A stretch of 64,000 nucleotides of DNA from Eledone cirrhosa (lineage: Eukaryota). A program made the position numbers and the translations under genes. This document shows, one piece after another, positions 11,786 to 36,305 of this stretch. The stretch lies in contig OZ024740.1 of assembly GCA_964016885.1 (NCBI GenBank), forward strand, positions 61,690,001 to 61,754,000, given 5' to 3'. Every line of letters begins with the position of its first letter. The first letter of the stretch is position 1. The notes under the pieces were generated by a model. The model was given only the letters and a program-made list of their open reading frames with translations. It ran no database searches and was not told where the DNA came from.

Positions 11786-12829
11786 ATAAGCATGTGTGGA
11801 TTAGAATACGGTGGTGATTTCTAATACTTTTTCAATATATCAATATATATGTGTATATATCCCCTCTTTATTTTTTATCACTTCATTCTCCAATGTTTTA
11901 ATTTGAAACTGCATTCTTCAAACATATCAAGTGTGACAGTCTTATTACCATTTTTTCTATGAAAACAGTCTATGAATTAAGTTTCAGTGATTAGTTCCAA
12001 CTCATTTGAGAAAGAGAAGCAATTATGTTAATTCATGTATGAAAGAAAATAAAAATCAATAAAAACTAGTTTATTGTTCAAATGCTATCAGACCTGTAAC
12101 TCGTGATTCTTGTATACATGTATTATCTGATATTATATATATATAATATGTGATTAATATTTATGCTATAACATTAGAGGTGGCATTGTATATTGATTGA
12201 GACCTTATATATCAGAAGAGATGTATTTTAGTATTTCATTATTTTGGGGGTTTTTTTTTTTCGTTTGTCTTTCAGTTTAAATCGTATAAAAGTTAACGTT
12301 ACTATATATTCTACAAAGGTTGATAAAATAAGTACCAGTTTTATGGCAGTACAGTTTATATGGAGCATTGTGAAATATGTGGTTATGATCATTGTGAGAA
12401 AGCTGCTACAGTGCCAGTTAAAAATACAAGAATATAAACTAGAGTAGAGTAAATGCCACAGTCCATCATCATTTTTTTAAAAATGGAGTCCTAACCTCAA
12501 AATATCATGAACTATAGGGTAAACATGTGAACTGTTGCCTTGTTTTCTTTTTCTTACTTTACTTAACTATAGTTTTCACTCTTGTATTTCTAATTTATAT
12601 TGCACTGACTTTTCCAAAACAATCATTGCCAGTTTTATATTAGAGTTGATTATATCAGCTATACATATTGAACCTTTAAAGATTAGCCTTCTGTCAAGTT
12701 AAATGTTATCTCTATAGTGTATTTATTTATTTTTCAATCTTCTGAGTTCAAATTCCATGAAAGTTGATAAAATAAGTACAAGTTAATTCATATATTATAC
12801 ACTGTAAAATACCTGGCCAAATTTACAGT

Positions 12830-12920
12830 CCTCGTCGGCCAGGTTTGCCTACTGGTATGGACGACCCATCTAACCCATGCAAGCATGGAAAAATGGATAC
12901 TAATCGGTGATGATGATGAT
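12830..12920 (+). mobile_element. Short degenerate RTE/SINE 3' tail
   Basis: acccatctaacccatgcaagcatggaaaaatgga...gatgatgat. Confidence 0.65.
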
Positions 12921-12974
12921 TTCGCATATAAAAATTAACCTGGTGTCATGTTAAATGCAATCTATATTATGTGA

Positions 12975-13310
12975 GTGAAAGCATGTGGCCTTGTTTGACT
13001 CATGAGTGTAAGCTTGTGAGTTTGATTCCTGGTGTTGCTCCAGTATACTCAGCTGGAAAACATTAGTTGTACCTGTAATTCAAAGGGCCAGCCTTGTCAC
13101 ATACAGTGTTATGTTGAATCTTCCTGAGAACTATGTTAAGGGGACACATGTCTGTAGAATGCTCAGGCACTTCCATGTTAATTATATAAGCCAACCTGTT
13201 CTGTTTGATAAAATCAATAGGAACATTTATTGTCAAAAATATAAGCAACCTGTTCTGTTTGATAAAATCAATAGGAACATTTATTGTCAAAACTGATGGA
13301 GGCCCAACAC
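12975..13310 (+). mobile_element. Degenerate SINE-like repeat with an internal ~54-bp tandem duplication
   Basis: B-box-like gagtttgattcc near 13018. The segment aacctgttctgtttgataaaatcaataggaacatttattgtcaaaa occurs at about 13193 and about 13247. Confidence 0.5.
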
Positions 13311-13326
13311 ATGATTATTATTAATA

Positions 13327-13450
13327 GATTCTGAGTTCAAATCCTGCCGAGGTTAACTTTGCCTTTCATCCTTACGGGGTCGATAAAATAAAGTACCAGT
13401 AATGTACTGGCTAATTGCTGGCCTTGTGCCTAAAGTAGAAACAATTATTA
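13327..13450 (+). mobile_element. SINE, 3' two-thirds (family of 48146)
   Basis: ctgagttcaaatcctgccgaggttaactttgcctttcatccttacggggtcgataaaataaagtaccag...aattatta. Confidence 0.8.
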
Positions 13451-14689
13451 ATAGATTCTTTATAGTATTTGGTTTTTGTCTTCCTCTATCATCTCAGAGC
13501 AAATCCCATGAAAGTTGACTTTGCTTTTCATCCTTTGAGACTCGATAAAATAAACACCTGTTTTATATAGGAATTGATTCAATCAACTATACATATTGCT
13601 CCTATAAAGATTAGCCTTGTTTCAAGTTGAATGCAATCTATATCATATGAGAGTTACCAAAACACTGAAGATGAAAAGCTAAGCTGCTGAATCTGTGAAC
13701 CATTTTCAATTTTACGATTCAAGCCAATCCACTTCACTTACATTATTAATTCCTTTTGAGGCATGAATATTAAACAATTCCATTTCCTTTCTCCTATAAA
13801 CATGTATCCTTGTGCTTTATTCAGAGATTTATTAGACATTATTAGAAAATGTTCCCTAATAAATGTCCTCTATAGTCATTACAACAAGCCTCCTCACAGC
13901 TGCCCCTTCCTCTAGCACCATTTATTTACCTGTTTTGATGGCAGGTAATTGAAATGTTAAATATCCAGTGAGTTATATAAATACAAGCGTTGATTCTTCA
14001 GTCAAGAGATCAATAACTCATTCAATTCAGTGTTTCTGTCAAAGTACCAAGTGGCAAAATATATCTGTCTGTTTTTCATGTATTAAGCCTGTCATGGGAT
14101 CTGCAAGGTTAACCACTGTTTTAGCAGGGAAAATTGCTTTAAAATGCTTAGCAATTGCACTAACATAGTAGGATTCATAATAGAGATTAGATATGAAGGC
14201 ATATATGATATTTTCATACTTAATAATCATCACTGAAGATGTCACAGATATGTGTGATGAAAGAACTTTGAGAAATTATATTTATAATTTTACCTGTAGG
14301 TCAATCAATGATAAACATTGATTGCCAGCTAAATTATTTATAGAAATATAAAAATATACTGAAGCGAAAAACCAAACAGTGTGTTTTACTAGACTTTGGC
14401 AATATTAGGACAACATATCCCTCCCCAAATATAATTTACATAATAAATATACATATGTCTTCTCTGGGTATTTTAAGCTGTGATCATGTCACAGCTATCT
14501 CAGTAGTTATGTGAGAACGCCAGACACTAATGTTTCAGGGTTTTTTGTCCATGATCAGTGACATTTACTCACTCAGTTTTGGGAGAAGAATAAGCTATAG
14601 TTTAGATACGTTTTTGTGCATCTCCTAGAGATGCGCATTGCATCAGTACTAATGTAAACTCTCATAGTGAAACTTATCTATGTTCATTA

Positions 14690-15002
14690 TAAATAATTGT
14701 TTCTTCTTTTGGCACAAGGCCAGCAATTATGCCAGTGCATTACTGGTACTTTATTTTATTGACCTTGTAAGGATGAAAGGTAAAGTTAACCTCAACGGAA
14801 TTTCAACTCAGAACGTAATGGGACGTAACTCTATGCTGGAAAGCATGGCGTCCGACCCTCTACCGTTAGTGCCAATCCATCGTTCATTATAAATAATTGT
14901 TTCTACTTTAGGCACAAGGCCAGCAATTACCCAGTGCATTACTGGTACTTTATTTTATCAACCCCGAAAGGATGAAAGGCAAAGTTAACCTCGGCGGCAT
15001 TT
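14690..15002 (-). mobile_element. Two tandem SINE copies (one full, one partial) of the 48146 family
   Basis: Reverse-complement matches ggcacaaggccagcaatta..actggtactttattttat..aaggatgaaaggcaaagttaacctcggc at 14690-14880 and 14890-15002. Confidence 0.8.
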
Positions 15003-15283
15003 ATATCATATATGCCTTCATAAACACCTCTATTATTAATATGTTCATAGGCTGCCAAACTACCAGCCCTATAATACTCTGCAACATGTATGTTCTAGTT
15101 AAAACAAGTTAAATATCTAATAACCCCGTATTTGTGACATAGCCATAACTTAATTTTAAAGAAAATACTTTATTATGAAGAATTAAATCATTATTATCTC
15201 TTACTCAGGATGAATGATAGTGTCCATGTCCCTTTTTCATAATATTTAACACTAGTGGGAAGGAAGGGAGACGGTATCATTAA

Positions 15284-15433
15284 CCCTTTCTGTTCAAACT
15301 GGCCACTCATACTGACGTTAAGGTATTCTCAAAATAAATAACATAAAAATCTCATAGATTCAATATTTTGTGAGATAAAGCCTTTACCACAAAAATATAA
15401 TAGTAAATATAGAGTAATGTAAATGCTAAAGGG
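15284..15433. mobile_element. Small piggyBac-type MITE
   Basis: TTAA-CCCTTT...AAAGGG-TTAA termini, 150 bp. Confidence 0.55.
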
Positions 15434-16052
15434 TTAAACCTGAACACCTGGCTTGAATGATTCCAACACAGTGAACTCTGCCAGTCAACCACCATAGACA
15501 GGTATTTTATTTATTGATCCTGTGAGAATGAAAAGCAAATTTGAATTCAGAATGGAAGGAGCCAGAATAAATACAAGACATTTCTTTCAGTTTCATCTTT
15601 GATCAATTACTGACTCTCTACAAAACTCATGTAAGACCCACATTGGAATAATTCTCCCCCCACATCTGGGATACTATGACTACACACGCAAGAATCCTAG
15701 AATGCATTCAAAGAAAGATCATCTGGTTGACTGTTTCATCATTTTTATAACCAGGGCCCATAAGAGTTCACTGGTTTGGGACTCAGAAAGTCAATAACAG
15801 GCCCATGAATATCTGATGCCCCTTCACTCTGACCCCTAAAATAACCTCTCTGACCTCATAAATTTTGAAACAACCGTTTACAAAATTTTAGTTGAAACTT
15901 TTTCTATTTATTAATTTTTTTTTTTTAAATGAGAAAAATTTATTTTTAAATATAAAATTTACAAAAGTAACAATAATCAAAATAAAAAATAAAGATAAAA
16001 AAAGTGAGGGGACAAAAAAAAAAGTGAGGGGACAAATTCTACACCCTTGACT

Positions 16053-16110
16053 TCCGTCTAACCCATGCTAGCGTGGAAGAACGGACGTAAAACGGTGATG
16101 ATGATGATGA
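16053..16110 (+). mobile_element. Very short insertion of the RTE family C 3' terminus
   Basis: ccgtctaacccatgctagcgtggaagaacggacgtaaaacggtgatgatg is the reverse complement of about 39615-39665. Confidence 0.85.
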
Positions 16111-16771
16111 CTGGATGGTATATATCAGCTGCATCCTATGGACAAGATGGCAAAAGCATTCTGATGGAAACCAGCCAACAATACCTACTGTATCAGCAAC
16201 TCCACTTAATGGGGTTCCATTTTCAGCTTTAATTCCATCATGTTGATGTGGCAGAAGAAAATGGCAGTCTGGGGACTGAGGACACTAGAGGTCTCAAATG
16301 TGGTTGGCTACAAAAAAGTCAACGATCAGTCAATGCCTAGTATTAGAAGATCATAGATACATGATATAATCTATCTGTCTGTCTGTCTATTTGTCTATCT
16401 CTGTATCTGTCTGCATTATTTGAAGGGGTAGTAATATCACTAGTAGTCACTATGAAGTAAAGGACTCATAATGTAAAATTCTCAGAGAATAAATATTCAT
16501 TAGTGTTAATGATTCGTGACTAACTGCAGTATGTTTCAATTAAGTGGTTTCATTTGATAAGCTGAGAAGAAAGAAAAATGTTGCAGGTTATCATGAATTA
16601 TTAAAAGAAATCATTATATATACATATATATATATGTATATATATGTATATATATATGTATATATATGTATATATATATATGTATATATATATATGTATA
16701 TATATGTATATATATATGTATATATATGTATGTATATATATGTATATATATGTATATATATATATATGTAT

Positions 16772-16892
16772 AACCCGCCAGACAGTCCTATGCGAGCAAG
16801 ACAACCACTCTTGCCTCAAGTGGGAAAACTCCCGTCCAAACCCATGCAAGCGTGGAACATGGACGTTAAACGATGATGATGATGATGATGAT
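16772..16892 (+). mobile_element. RTE family B 3' terminus inside (TA)n
   Basis: Matches 32605-32726 and has a (GAT)n tail. Confidence 0.9.
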
Positions 16893-20734
<3,842 letters not shown>

Positions 20735-21162
20735 GACCCCTTAGCCTTTGTCAAGGCAGAATTCTAGGAGAAGGAAAACTCTGATATAACACCTGCAACC
20801 CTGATGGTATCCAATGATGTTGACTTGTTCTTCTTTTTGGTAAATATCATTTCGGTTAAGAAAGTGGGACTGGCTTTGTGCAGTGCCTTTGCTCACCATA
20901 AAAGCTTCACGGCACAGGCATTGCTTTATATCTGGAGATCTCACTGCACTTGTCGTCACGTGGTACTATGGGCCCAGCACTATGTGTCAATTAATTGTCA
21001 CAAGTGTAGTGTTTGTACCAGAGTTTTCAAGTCGTGTTTGTACCAGAGTTTTCAAGTCGCTGGCTGGACTAAAAAGTCACACTCGTTCAGCGCATCGGTA
21101 GGGGTTCTCCTACATGGATATAAAGTAGTGGCCGTACTCGAAAACGAGTTGGCAGCCACCAT
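20735..21162 (+). mobile_element. Non-autonomous bipartite RTE derivative (5'-UTR-like part + 3' part encoding a C2H2 finger)
   Basis: The 5' part has ctaggagaaggaaaactctga, an RTE 5'-UTR-type motif. The 3' part encodes [25 protein letters not shown] once a 25-bp tandem duplication (21009-21058) is collapsed. Terminal hairpin ctcgaaaacgag. Confidence 0.65.
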
Positions 21163-21189
21163 ATATATATGTATATATATATATATATA

Positions 21190-21260
<71 letters not shown>

Positions 21261-21439
21261 ATATGTATATATGTATATATATATATATGTATATATGTAT
21301 ATATATATATATGTATATATGTATATATATATATGTATATGTATATGTATATATATATATATGTATATGTATATGTATATATATATATATGTATATATAT
21401 GTATATATATATGTATATATATATATATATGTATATATG

Positions 21440-21476
<37 letters not shown>

Positions 21477-21523
21477 GTATATATGTATATATATATGTAT
21501 ATATATATATATATGTATATATG

Positions 21524-21635
<112 letters not shown>

Positions 21636-21639
21636 TATG

Positions 21640-22259
21640 TATTGAAATTTCCGTTGGAAACAGAAAAAGGTCATAGAAATGAAGAGTGCTCTATGTAAGT
21701 ATCAGAGCAAAATTTAACGTATAAAAATCAATACAATATAATTACCTCATTACCAGAGGTTTCCCGAATGAGGCGAATACGAAATAAACGACTTCATTCG
21801 TTCGTCAGACGAGGCAATATAAAACATGTGCAAATACTTAGAAAAATACATCAAGAAAATCAAATAAAGATATGGATAAATGAAATAGAAATTGAAATAT
21901 ATAAAAATCTATCAAGAAATATAGTTAGGTGTGTGTATATGTATGTATATACGCTCACAGATGTGCATATATGTATATATGCGCACATGTATATGTATAG
22001 TGAGAAAGTGTGCGTAATTCTAAAATTTAGGGCAAATGTATCTATATGTCTGTATTATACAGACAGAAATGGTTACATCGTAAATATATGAATATGAAGG
22101 CGCGCGCATAAAACGCCTGCACACTCGTACACTTAGATGCGGAAAGAAAGGAGGTAATTAAAAGAAAAGTATCAGTCTCGATATATTTATAAAAATATAA
22201 TAACGATAAATTAGAAAGAAGAAGATATTAGAAAGAAAAAATTAAAGAAAATAAAAAGA

Positions 22260-22260
<1 letters not shown>
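21640..22260 (-). mobile_element. Non-coding hammerhead-bearing insert between TA arrays (Penelope pseudo-LTR-like or retrozyme-like)
   Basis: Unique ~620-bp island with a hammerhead fold at 21745-21814. Confidence 0.55.
21745..21814 (-). ncRNA. Type I hammerhead ribozyme fold
   Basis: Minus strand reads cctcgt-CTGACGA-a cgaatga...tcattcg g-GAAA-cc tct gg-TA-atgagg. Stems I and III pair. The first pair of stem II is an A-G mismatch. Confidence 0.72.
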
Positions 22261-26328
<4,068 letters not shown>

Positions 26329-26761
26329 ACTCTTGCCTCAAGTGGGAAAATTCCCGTCCAAACCAATGCAAGTGTGGAAGATGGACGTACAAAGTGAAAC
26401 CTACTACAGTCAGTAGGCACCTCTAACAAAATACAACCCCATCCCACTACCCCCACCCCATGCACACCACCCCTTTCAATGTAAAGTTATGTTGGTACCA
26501 CAACAAATGAGGTAAGGTAGGTGTCACGACAAAAAAACACACAGTCCGCGCTGTAATGTGGCCGTGTAGGTAACACGGTAAAAACCTCCCAGACCCACAC
26601 TGTAAATGTGGTTGGTGTTAGGAAGGACATCCAGCCATAGAAAACCTGCCAGACAGTCCTATGCGAGCAAGACAACCACTTTTGCCTCAAGTGGGAAGAC
26701 TCCCGTCCAAACCCATGCAAGCTTGGAATATGGACGTTAAACGATGATGATGATGATGATG
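26329..26761 (+). mobile_element. RTE family B 3' UTR, with a terminal fragment fused in front of a nearly complete UTR
   Basis: 26329-26388 is the tail end. From about 26389 the sequence restarts at the UTR start (acaaagtgaaacctactacagtcagtagg) and runs to (GAT)n. Confidence 0.85.
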
Positions 26762-27690
<929 letters not shown>

Positions 27691-28032
27691 CATCATCATC
27701 ATCATTTCATTTTACGTCCACTTTTCCCTGCTTGCAAGGGTGGGACGGGAACTGATTCTGGCTTGATTTCTACAGCTGGATGCCCTTCCTAACACCAACC
27801 TCATTTACAGTGAGTGCTGGGTGCTTTTTTGCCGTGGCACCTCCACGACCACTTTGCAGTGGAATGATAGAGACCCCATTCCCTATCATCTCATTTCTAC
27901 AGCTGAGTAAACTGGAGCAATGTGAAATAAAGTCTCTTGCTCAAGGAAACAACACATCACCTGGTCTGAGAATTGTACTCACAACCTTTCGATTGCAAGG
28001 CCAATGCTCTAACCACTAAGCCATGTGCCTCC
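27691..28032 (-). mobile_element. tRNA-derived CORE-type SINE with an RTE family A tail
   Basis: Minus strand has an A-box tggcttagtgg, a degenerate B-box (gagtacaattc), a CORE-like ccttgagcaagagactt...ccagtttactcagctgtagaaatgag, and a tail cccgtcccacccttgcaagcagggaaaagtggacgtaaaatga..gatg. Confidence 0.88.
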
Positions 28033-28186
28033 GTTATATACATATGTATATATATATACATATGTATATATATATACATATGTATATATATATACATATG
28101 TATATATATATATACATATGTATATATATATATATGTATATATATGTATATATATATATATGTATATATATATGTATATATATATG

Positions 28187-28235
<49 letters not shown>

Positions 28236-28253
28236 GTATATATATATAAGTAT

Positions 28254-29088
28254 ATCATCATAATCATCATCATCAACGTTTAACGTCCGTGTTCCACGCT
28301 TGCATGGGTTTGGACGGGGGTTTTCCCTCTTGAGGCAAGAGTGATTGTCTTGCTCGCATAGGACTGTCTGGCAGGTTTTCTACAGTTGGATGCCCTTCCT
28401 AACACCAACCACATTTACAGTGTGGGTCTGGGAAGTTTTTACCGTGTTGCCTACACGGCCACATTACAGCGTGGACTGTGTGTTTTTTTGTCGTGACACC
28501 TACACGATCTCATTTGTTTCGGCCTGGATGGTGTGGCACCAACATAACTTTACATAGAAGGGGGCGGTGTGGATGGGGTGGGGGTGGTGGGACGGGGGTG
28601 TATTTTGTTAGAGATGCCTACTGACGGTAGTAGGTTTTACTTTGTATTTAGGTAAGGCGGGTCTTCTCTATTACTGAGTACCGCCAAAGGTCTCGGTCCA
28701 GTGACATTGTCTTGGTGAGGTGTAAGTGTGTGAGGTCGGAGTTTATCAACTCGTCCCAGGTTTTTCTGGGTCTGCCTATTCCGTGGCTACCGTCTATCTT
28801 TATTGCCCTGCACTTTGTTATACAGCTATCGTCCTTCATGCGCATCACGTGACCATACCAACGTAGCCTTCTCTCTAGTAAACAACATCTGATCCCTCTT
28901 ATTTCTAATTTTTTCCTTAGTTCGTTTATGCTTTGTCGTTCACGTATATTACTATTACACATCCAGCGGAGCATGCAAGCTTCGTCTCTCTCTAGTCTGC
29001 GTATATCCTCTGCACACAATGCCCAGGTCTCACTGCCATGCAACATTGCTGTTCGTATGCAGGCATCGTACAGCCTGCCTTTCATTTT
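28254..29088 (-). mobile_element. 5'-truncated RTE family B copy
   Basis: [10 protein letters not shown]...EKTRLT* at 28648-29088, followed by the full 3' UTR and (GAT)n. Confidence 0.93.
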
Positions 29089-29110
29089 TATATATATGTA
29101 TATATATGTA

Positions 29111-29158
<48 letters not shown>

Positions 29159-29165
29159 TTATATA

Positions 29166-29210
<45 letters not shown>

Positions 29211-29220
29211 TAATATATAT

Positions 29221-29257
29221 ATCATCATCATCATCATCGTTTAACGTCCGTGTTCCA
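29221..29257 (-). mobile_element. RTE family B tail cut by the assembly gap
   Basis: catcatcatcgtttaacgtccgtgttcca followed by Ns. Confidence 0.8.
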
Positions 29258-29457
29258 NNNNNNNNNNNNNNNNNNNNNNNNNNNNNNNNNNNNNNNNNNN
29301 NNNNNNNNNNNNNNNNNNNNNNNNNNNNNNNNNNNNNNNNNNNNNNNNNNNNNNNNNNNNNNNNNNNNNNNNNNNNNNNNNNNNNNNNNNNNNNNNNNNN
29401 NNNNNNNNNNNNNNNNNNNNNNNNNNNNNNNNNNNNNNNNNNNNNNNNNNNNNNNNN
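29258..29457. other. Assembly gap (200 N)
   Basis: Run of N. Confidence 1.
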
Positions 29458-32400
29458 AAGACTTGTCCTCAATAAAACTACGGTGACAGTAATATCTGCG
29501 TACGCACCCCAATCCGGACAGCCCCGCGCTATAAAATACAGATTCTACGAGACACTGATGCTCGCTACCTCCCAAATAACCGACAGTGACTATATAGTTA
29601 TTGCAGGCGACCTAAATGGTCACGTTGGACAACATTGTGACGGCTATGACGGAATCCATGGAGGCTATGGGTTCGGTACTAGAAATGAGGAAGGCTCCAG
29701 AATCCTGGAATTCTGCGACGCAAATAACTTAACTATCTGTAACACTAACTTCAAAAAACGAGACAATCACTTGATCACCTATAGATCGGGGGAACACACA
29801 AGCCAGCTAGATTATATCCTTACCAGAAGACGTGACAGAGTGTCTGTTGTTAACACTAAATCCCACCCCCATGAAGAATTCACCTCCCAACATAGACTGA
29901 TAATTAGCGACCTCATAGTCAGGACGAGACGTACTAGACAGCGAAAGAGGACTATCCTCAGGAGAAAAATATGGAAGCTAAAGGACCCCATAGCCAGAAA
30001 TAAATTTCAAAGCAAATTACTTGACGCTTTCGACAGTAAGGAAGAGCAATTAGAGTCGTATAATATAGAGGAACAGTGGGAATTCCTGAGAGCAAACCTG
30101 CTGACGGCGGCAGACGAAGTCTGTGGCTGGAGCAGGCCTGTAGGTAGGAGGAGAGTAACATGGTGGTGGAACAGTAAGGTGGAGGAGTCAATTAAGGCCA
30201 AAAAGCAGGCTTGGAAAGTATGGCGGGATGGGGGAAGTAGAGAAGACTATCAAGTGGCCAGGAGGGAAGCTAGGAGACAAGTGTACTTCGCAAGAAGGGA
30301 AGCAGAGGAAAGAAAGTTCAAGCATGTTCTACAACGTGAGGACCAAAAACGTGAGGTGTTCAGGATTGCCAGGCAATGTGTCAAGGAAAACCGTGATATT
30401 GTCGGGGAGAAGTGTGTACTTAACGATGATGGCATACTTGCCATCACCGACGCTGATAAGAAGGTAGCTTGGAAGTGTCACTACGAAAGGCTTCTAAATG
30501 AGGAGAACAAATGGGAGAAAGACAGTCTCCCCCAGATCGATCCAATAGAGGGACCAGCAGTGTTAGTTGAAGGTAGTATAATAAGTAAGGCAATCAAAGA
30601 TATGAAGACGGGTAAGGCGGCTGGGCCTTCGGAAATAGTTGCTGAGATGCTGAAGGCATCTGGTTCGGTGGGACACACCATGGTCACCCGGATAGTTAAC
30701 CAAGTCGTACAGAATGGGGTTGTTCCGAAGGAATGGCGTAGCAGCATCATCGTTAACTGCTATAAGGGAAAAGGAGATGCCCTAGATAGGAGTAACTATA
30801 GAGGCATTAAATTAATCGACCAGGTCATGAAGGTCACGGAAAAAGTAATAGCGCAACTAATCAGAGAGAGAATTGATCTAGATGAAATGCAGTTCGGGTT
30901 TGTGTCAGGCAAAAGTACCACAGACGCTCTTTTCATTGTACGACAACTACAGGAGAAGTACCTAGCTAAAAGTAAACCCCTATACTTAGCTTTTGTCGAC
31001 TTGGAGAAAGCCTTCGACAGAGTCCCCCGTTCCATTATCTGGTGGTCTCTTAGAAAACTAGGTGTTGACGAATGGCTTGTGAGAGCTATACAAGCCATGT
31101 ATAAAGAAACAGTCAGTAAGGTTAGAATTAACAACGAATATAGTGAAGAGTTTAGCGTAAAAGTTGGTGTCCATCAGGGCTCTGTACTTAGCCCCCTACT
31201 ATTTATTATTGCCCTTCAGGCTATAACAGAGGAGTTCAAGACCGGCTGCCCATGGGAACTCCTATACGCAGATGATCTAACGCTCATAGCTGAATCAATG
31301 ACCGAACTAGAGAAGAAATTCCAAACGTGGAAGCACGGCCTAGAATCAAAAGGCCTTAAAATTAACCTGGCTAAGACTAAAGTTCTAGTTTGTAGGAAAG
31401 AAAATAAGGCGGCGGTCCCATCGGGGAAATGGCCATGCTCAGTGTGTAGGAAAGGCGTAGGTAGAAACTCCATTTTATGTCCCAAATGCAAAGTATGGGT
31501 GCATAAAAGATGTAGTGGGATCACAGGTAAGCTAACTAAGAACATAGATTTTACATGTGGCCGGTGCTCTGGTGCAATAAGTAGCAGCAAGTGCCCACAA
31601 AATACTAGCTCCTTCAACTGCGCAGAGGGTTCTATAGAAATAGTGGACAGCTTCCGTTATCTGGGTGACAAAATCAGCAGTGGGGGAGGGTGCTCTGAAA
31701 GTACAGTAGCTAGAGTCAGAACTGGATGGAAAAAGTTCAGAGAGCTTATACCACTATTAGCCGCTAGAGGGTTCTCCCTAAAAATGAAAGGCAGGTTATA
31801 CGATGCCTGCATACGAACAGCAATGCTGCATGGCAGTGAGACCTGGGCATTGTGTGCAGAGGATATACGCAGACTAGAGAGGAACGAAGCTTGCATGCTC
31901 CGCTGGATGTGCAATAGTAATATACGTGAACGGCAAAGCATAAACGAACTAAGGAAAAAATTAGAAATAAGAGGGATCAGATGTTGTTTACTCGAGAGAA
32001 GGCTACGTTGGTACGGTCACGTGATGCGCATGAAAGACGACAGCTGTATAACAAAGTGCAGGGCAATAAAGATAGACGGTAGCCACGGAGTAGGCAGACC
32101 CAGAAAAACATGGGACGAGCTGATAAATTCCGACCTCACACGCTTACACCTCTCCAAGACAATGTCACTGGACCGAGACCTTTGGCGGTACTCAGTAATA
32201 GAGAAGACCCGCCTTACCTAAATACAAAGTAAAAACCTACTACAGTCAGTAGGCACCTCTATCAAAACACACCCCCGTCCCACCACCTCCACCCCACCCA
32301 CACCGCCCCTTTAAATGTAAAGTTATGTTGGTCCCACAACATCCAGGCCGAAACAAATGAGATCGTGTAGGTGTCACGACAAAAAACACACAGTCCACGC

Positions 32401-32725
32401 TGTAAATGTGGCCGTGTAGGCAACACGGTAAAAACCTCCCAGCCCCACACTGTAAATGTGGTTGGTGTTAGGAAGGGCATCCAGCTGTAGAAAACCCGCC
32501 AGACAGTCCACGCTGTAATGTGGCCGTGTAGGCAACACGGTAAAAACCTCCCAGCCCCACACTGTAAATGTGGTTGGTGTTAGGAAGGGCATCCAACTGT
32601 AGAAAACCCGCCAGACAGTCCTATGCGAGCAAGACAACCACTCTTGCCTCAAGTGGGAAAACCCCCGTCCAAACCCATGCAAGCGTGGAACACGGACGCT
32701 AAACCTGATGATGATGATGATGATG

Positions 32726-32726
<1 letters not shown>
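29458..32726 (+). mobile_element. Near-full-length RTE family B element whose ~500-bp 3' UTR holds a ~113-bp tandem duplication
   Basis: ORF plus UTR plus (GAT)n. The duplicated unit is bounded by acagtcc at 32390, 32503 and 32615. Confidence 0.93.
29459..32221 (+). CDS. RTE family B ORF (APE-RT-PHD), open to the stop, 5' end lost in the gap
   Basis: Continuous frame RLVLNK...AGDLNGH...LYADD...EKTRLT*. Confidence 0.93.
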   Translation, partial: RLVLNKTTVTVISAYAPQSGQPRAIKYRFYETLMLATSQITDSDYIVIAGDLNGHVGQHCDGYDGIHGGYGFGTRNEEGSRILEFCDANNLTICNTNFKKRDNHLITYRSGEHTSQLDYILTRRRDRVSVVNTKSHPHEEFTSQHRLIISDLIVRTRRTRQRKRTILRRKIWKLKDPIARNKFQSKLLDAFDSKEEQLESYNIEEQWEFLRANLLTAADEVCGWSRPVGRRRVTWWWNSKVEESIKAKKQAWKVWRDGGSREDYQVARREARRQVYFARREAEERKFKHVLQREDQKREVFRIARQCVKENRDIVGEKCVLNDDGILAITDADKKVAWKCHYERLLNEENKWEKDSLPQIDPIEGPAVLVEGSIISKAIKDMKTGKAAGPSEIVAEMLKASGSVGHTMVTRIVNQVVQNGVVPKEWRSSIIVNCYKGKGDALDRSNYRGIKLIDQVMKVTEKVIAQLIRERIDLDEMQFGFVSGKSTTDALFIVRQLQEKYLAKSKPLYLAFVDLEKAFDRVPRSIIWWSLRKLGVDEWLVRAIQAMYKETVSKVRINNEYSEEFSVKVGVHQGSVLSPLLFIIALQAITEEFKTGCPWELLYADDLTLIAESMTELEKKFQTWKHGLESKGLKINLAKTKVLVCRKENKAAVPSGKWPCSVCRKGVGRNSILCPKCKVWVHKRCSGITGKLTKNIDFTCGRCSGAISSSKCPQNTSSFNCAEGSIEIVDSFRYLGDKISSGGGCSESTVARVRTGWKKFRELIPLLAARGFSLKMKGRLYDACIRTAMLHGSETWALCAEDIRRLERNEACMLRWMCNSNIRERQSINELRKKLEIRGIRCCLLERRLRWYGHVMRMKDDSCITKCRAIKIDGSHGVGRPRKTWDELINSDLTRLHLSKTMSLDRDLWRYSVIEKTRLT

Positions 32727-32757
<31 letters not shown>

Positions 32758-32758
32758 C

Positions 32759-32792
<34 letters not shown>

Positions 32793-32793
<1 letters not shown>

Positions 32794-32912
32794 GTAGACA
32801 GACACTGGTCTGTTGGAGATGCAGGATATGGCAGCGATAATGAGGGACAGAGACCGCTGGAGAGAACTCGTCCATGGATCTCGGGAATTTTACCCGCCTT
32901 AGATAGATAGAT
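32793..32912 (+). mobile_element. 3' stub of a further RTE-like LINE family with a (TAGA)n tail
   Basis: Translates [33 protein letters not shown], which has the M.DR..WR terminal motif. Followed by tagatagatag. Confidence 0.7.
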
Positions 32913-36233
<3,321 letters not shown>

Positions 36234-36305
36234 CATTATGAAGAGAGAAGAAACATTTAGATATAATTAGTAATAAAATGTATCATACCTAAACTGTTCC
36301 TAAAT

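Noticed and set aside
11800-16600. Possible host exons in the unique AT-rich stretch
   Set aside because: Only short ORFs without recognisable domains are present. Small exons cannot be excluded without RNA data.
28928-29458. N-terminal part of the 1097-aa ORF in the track
   Set aside because: It runs through antisense LINE sequence, TA repeat and the 200-N gap. Only 29459-32221 is real coding sequence, and the join across the gap is unverified.
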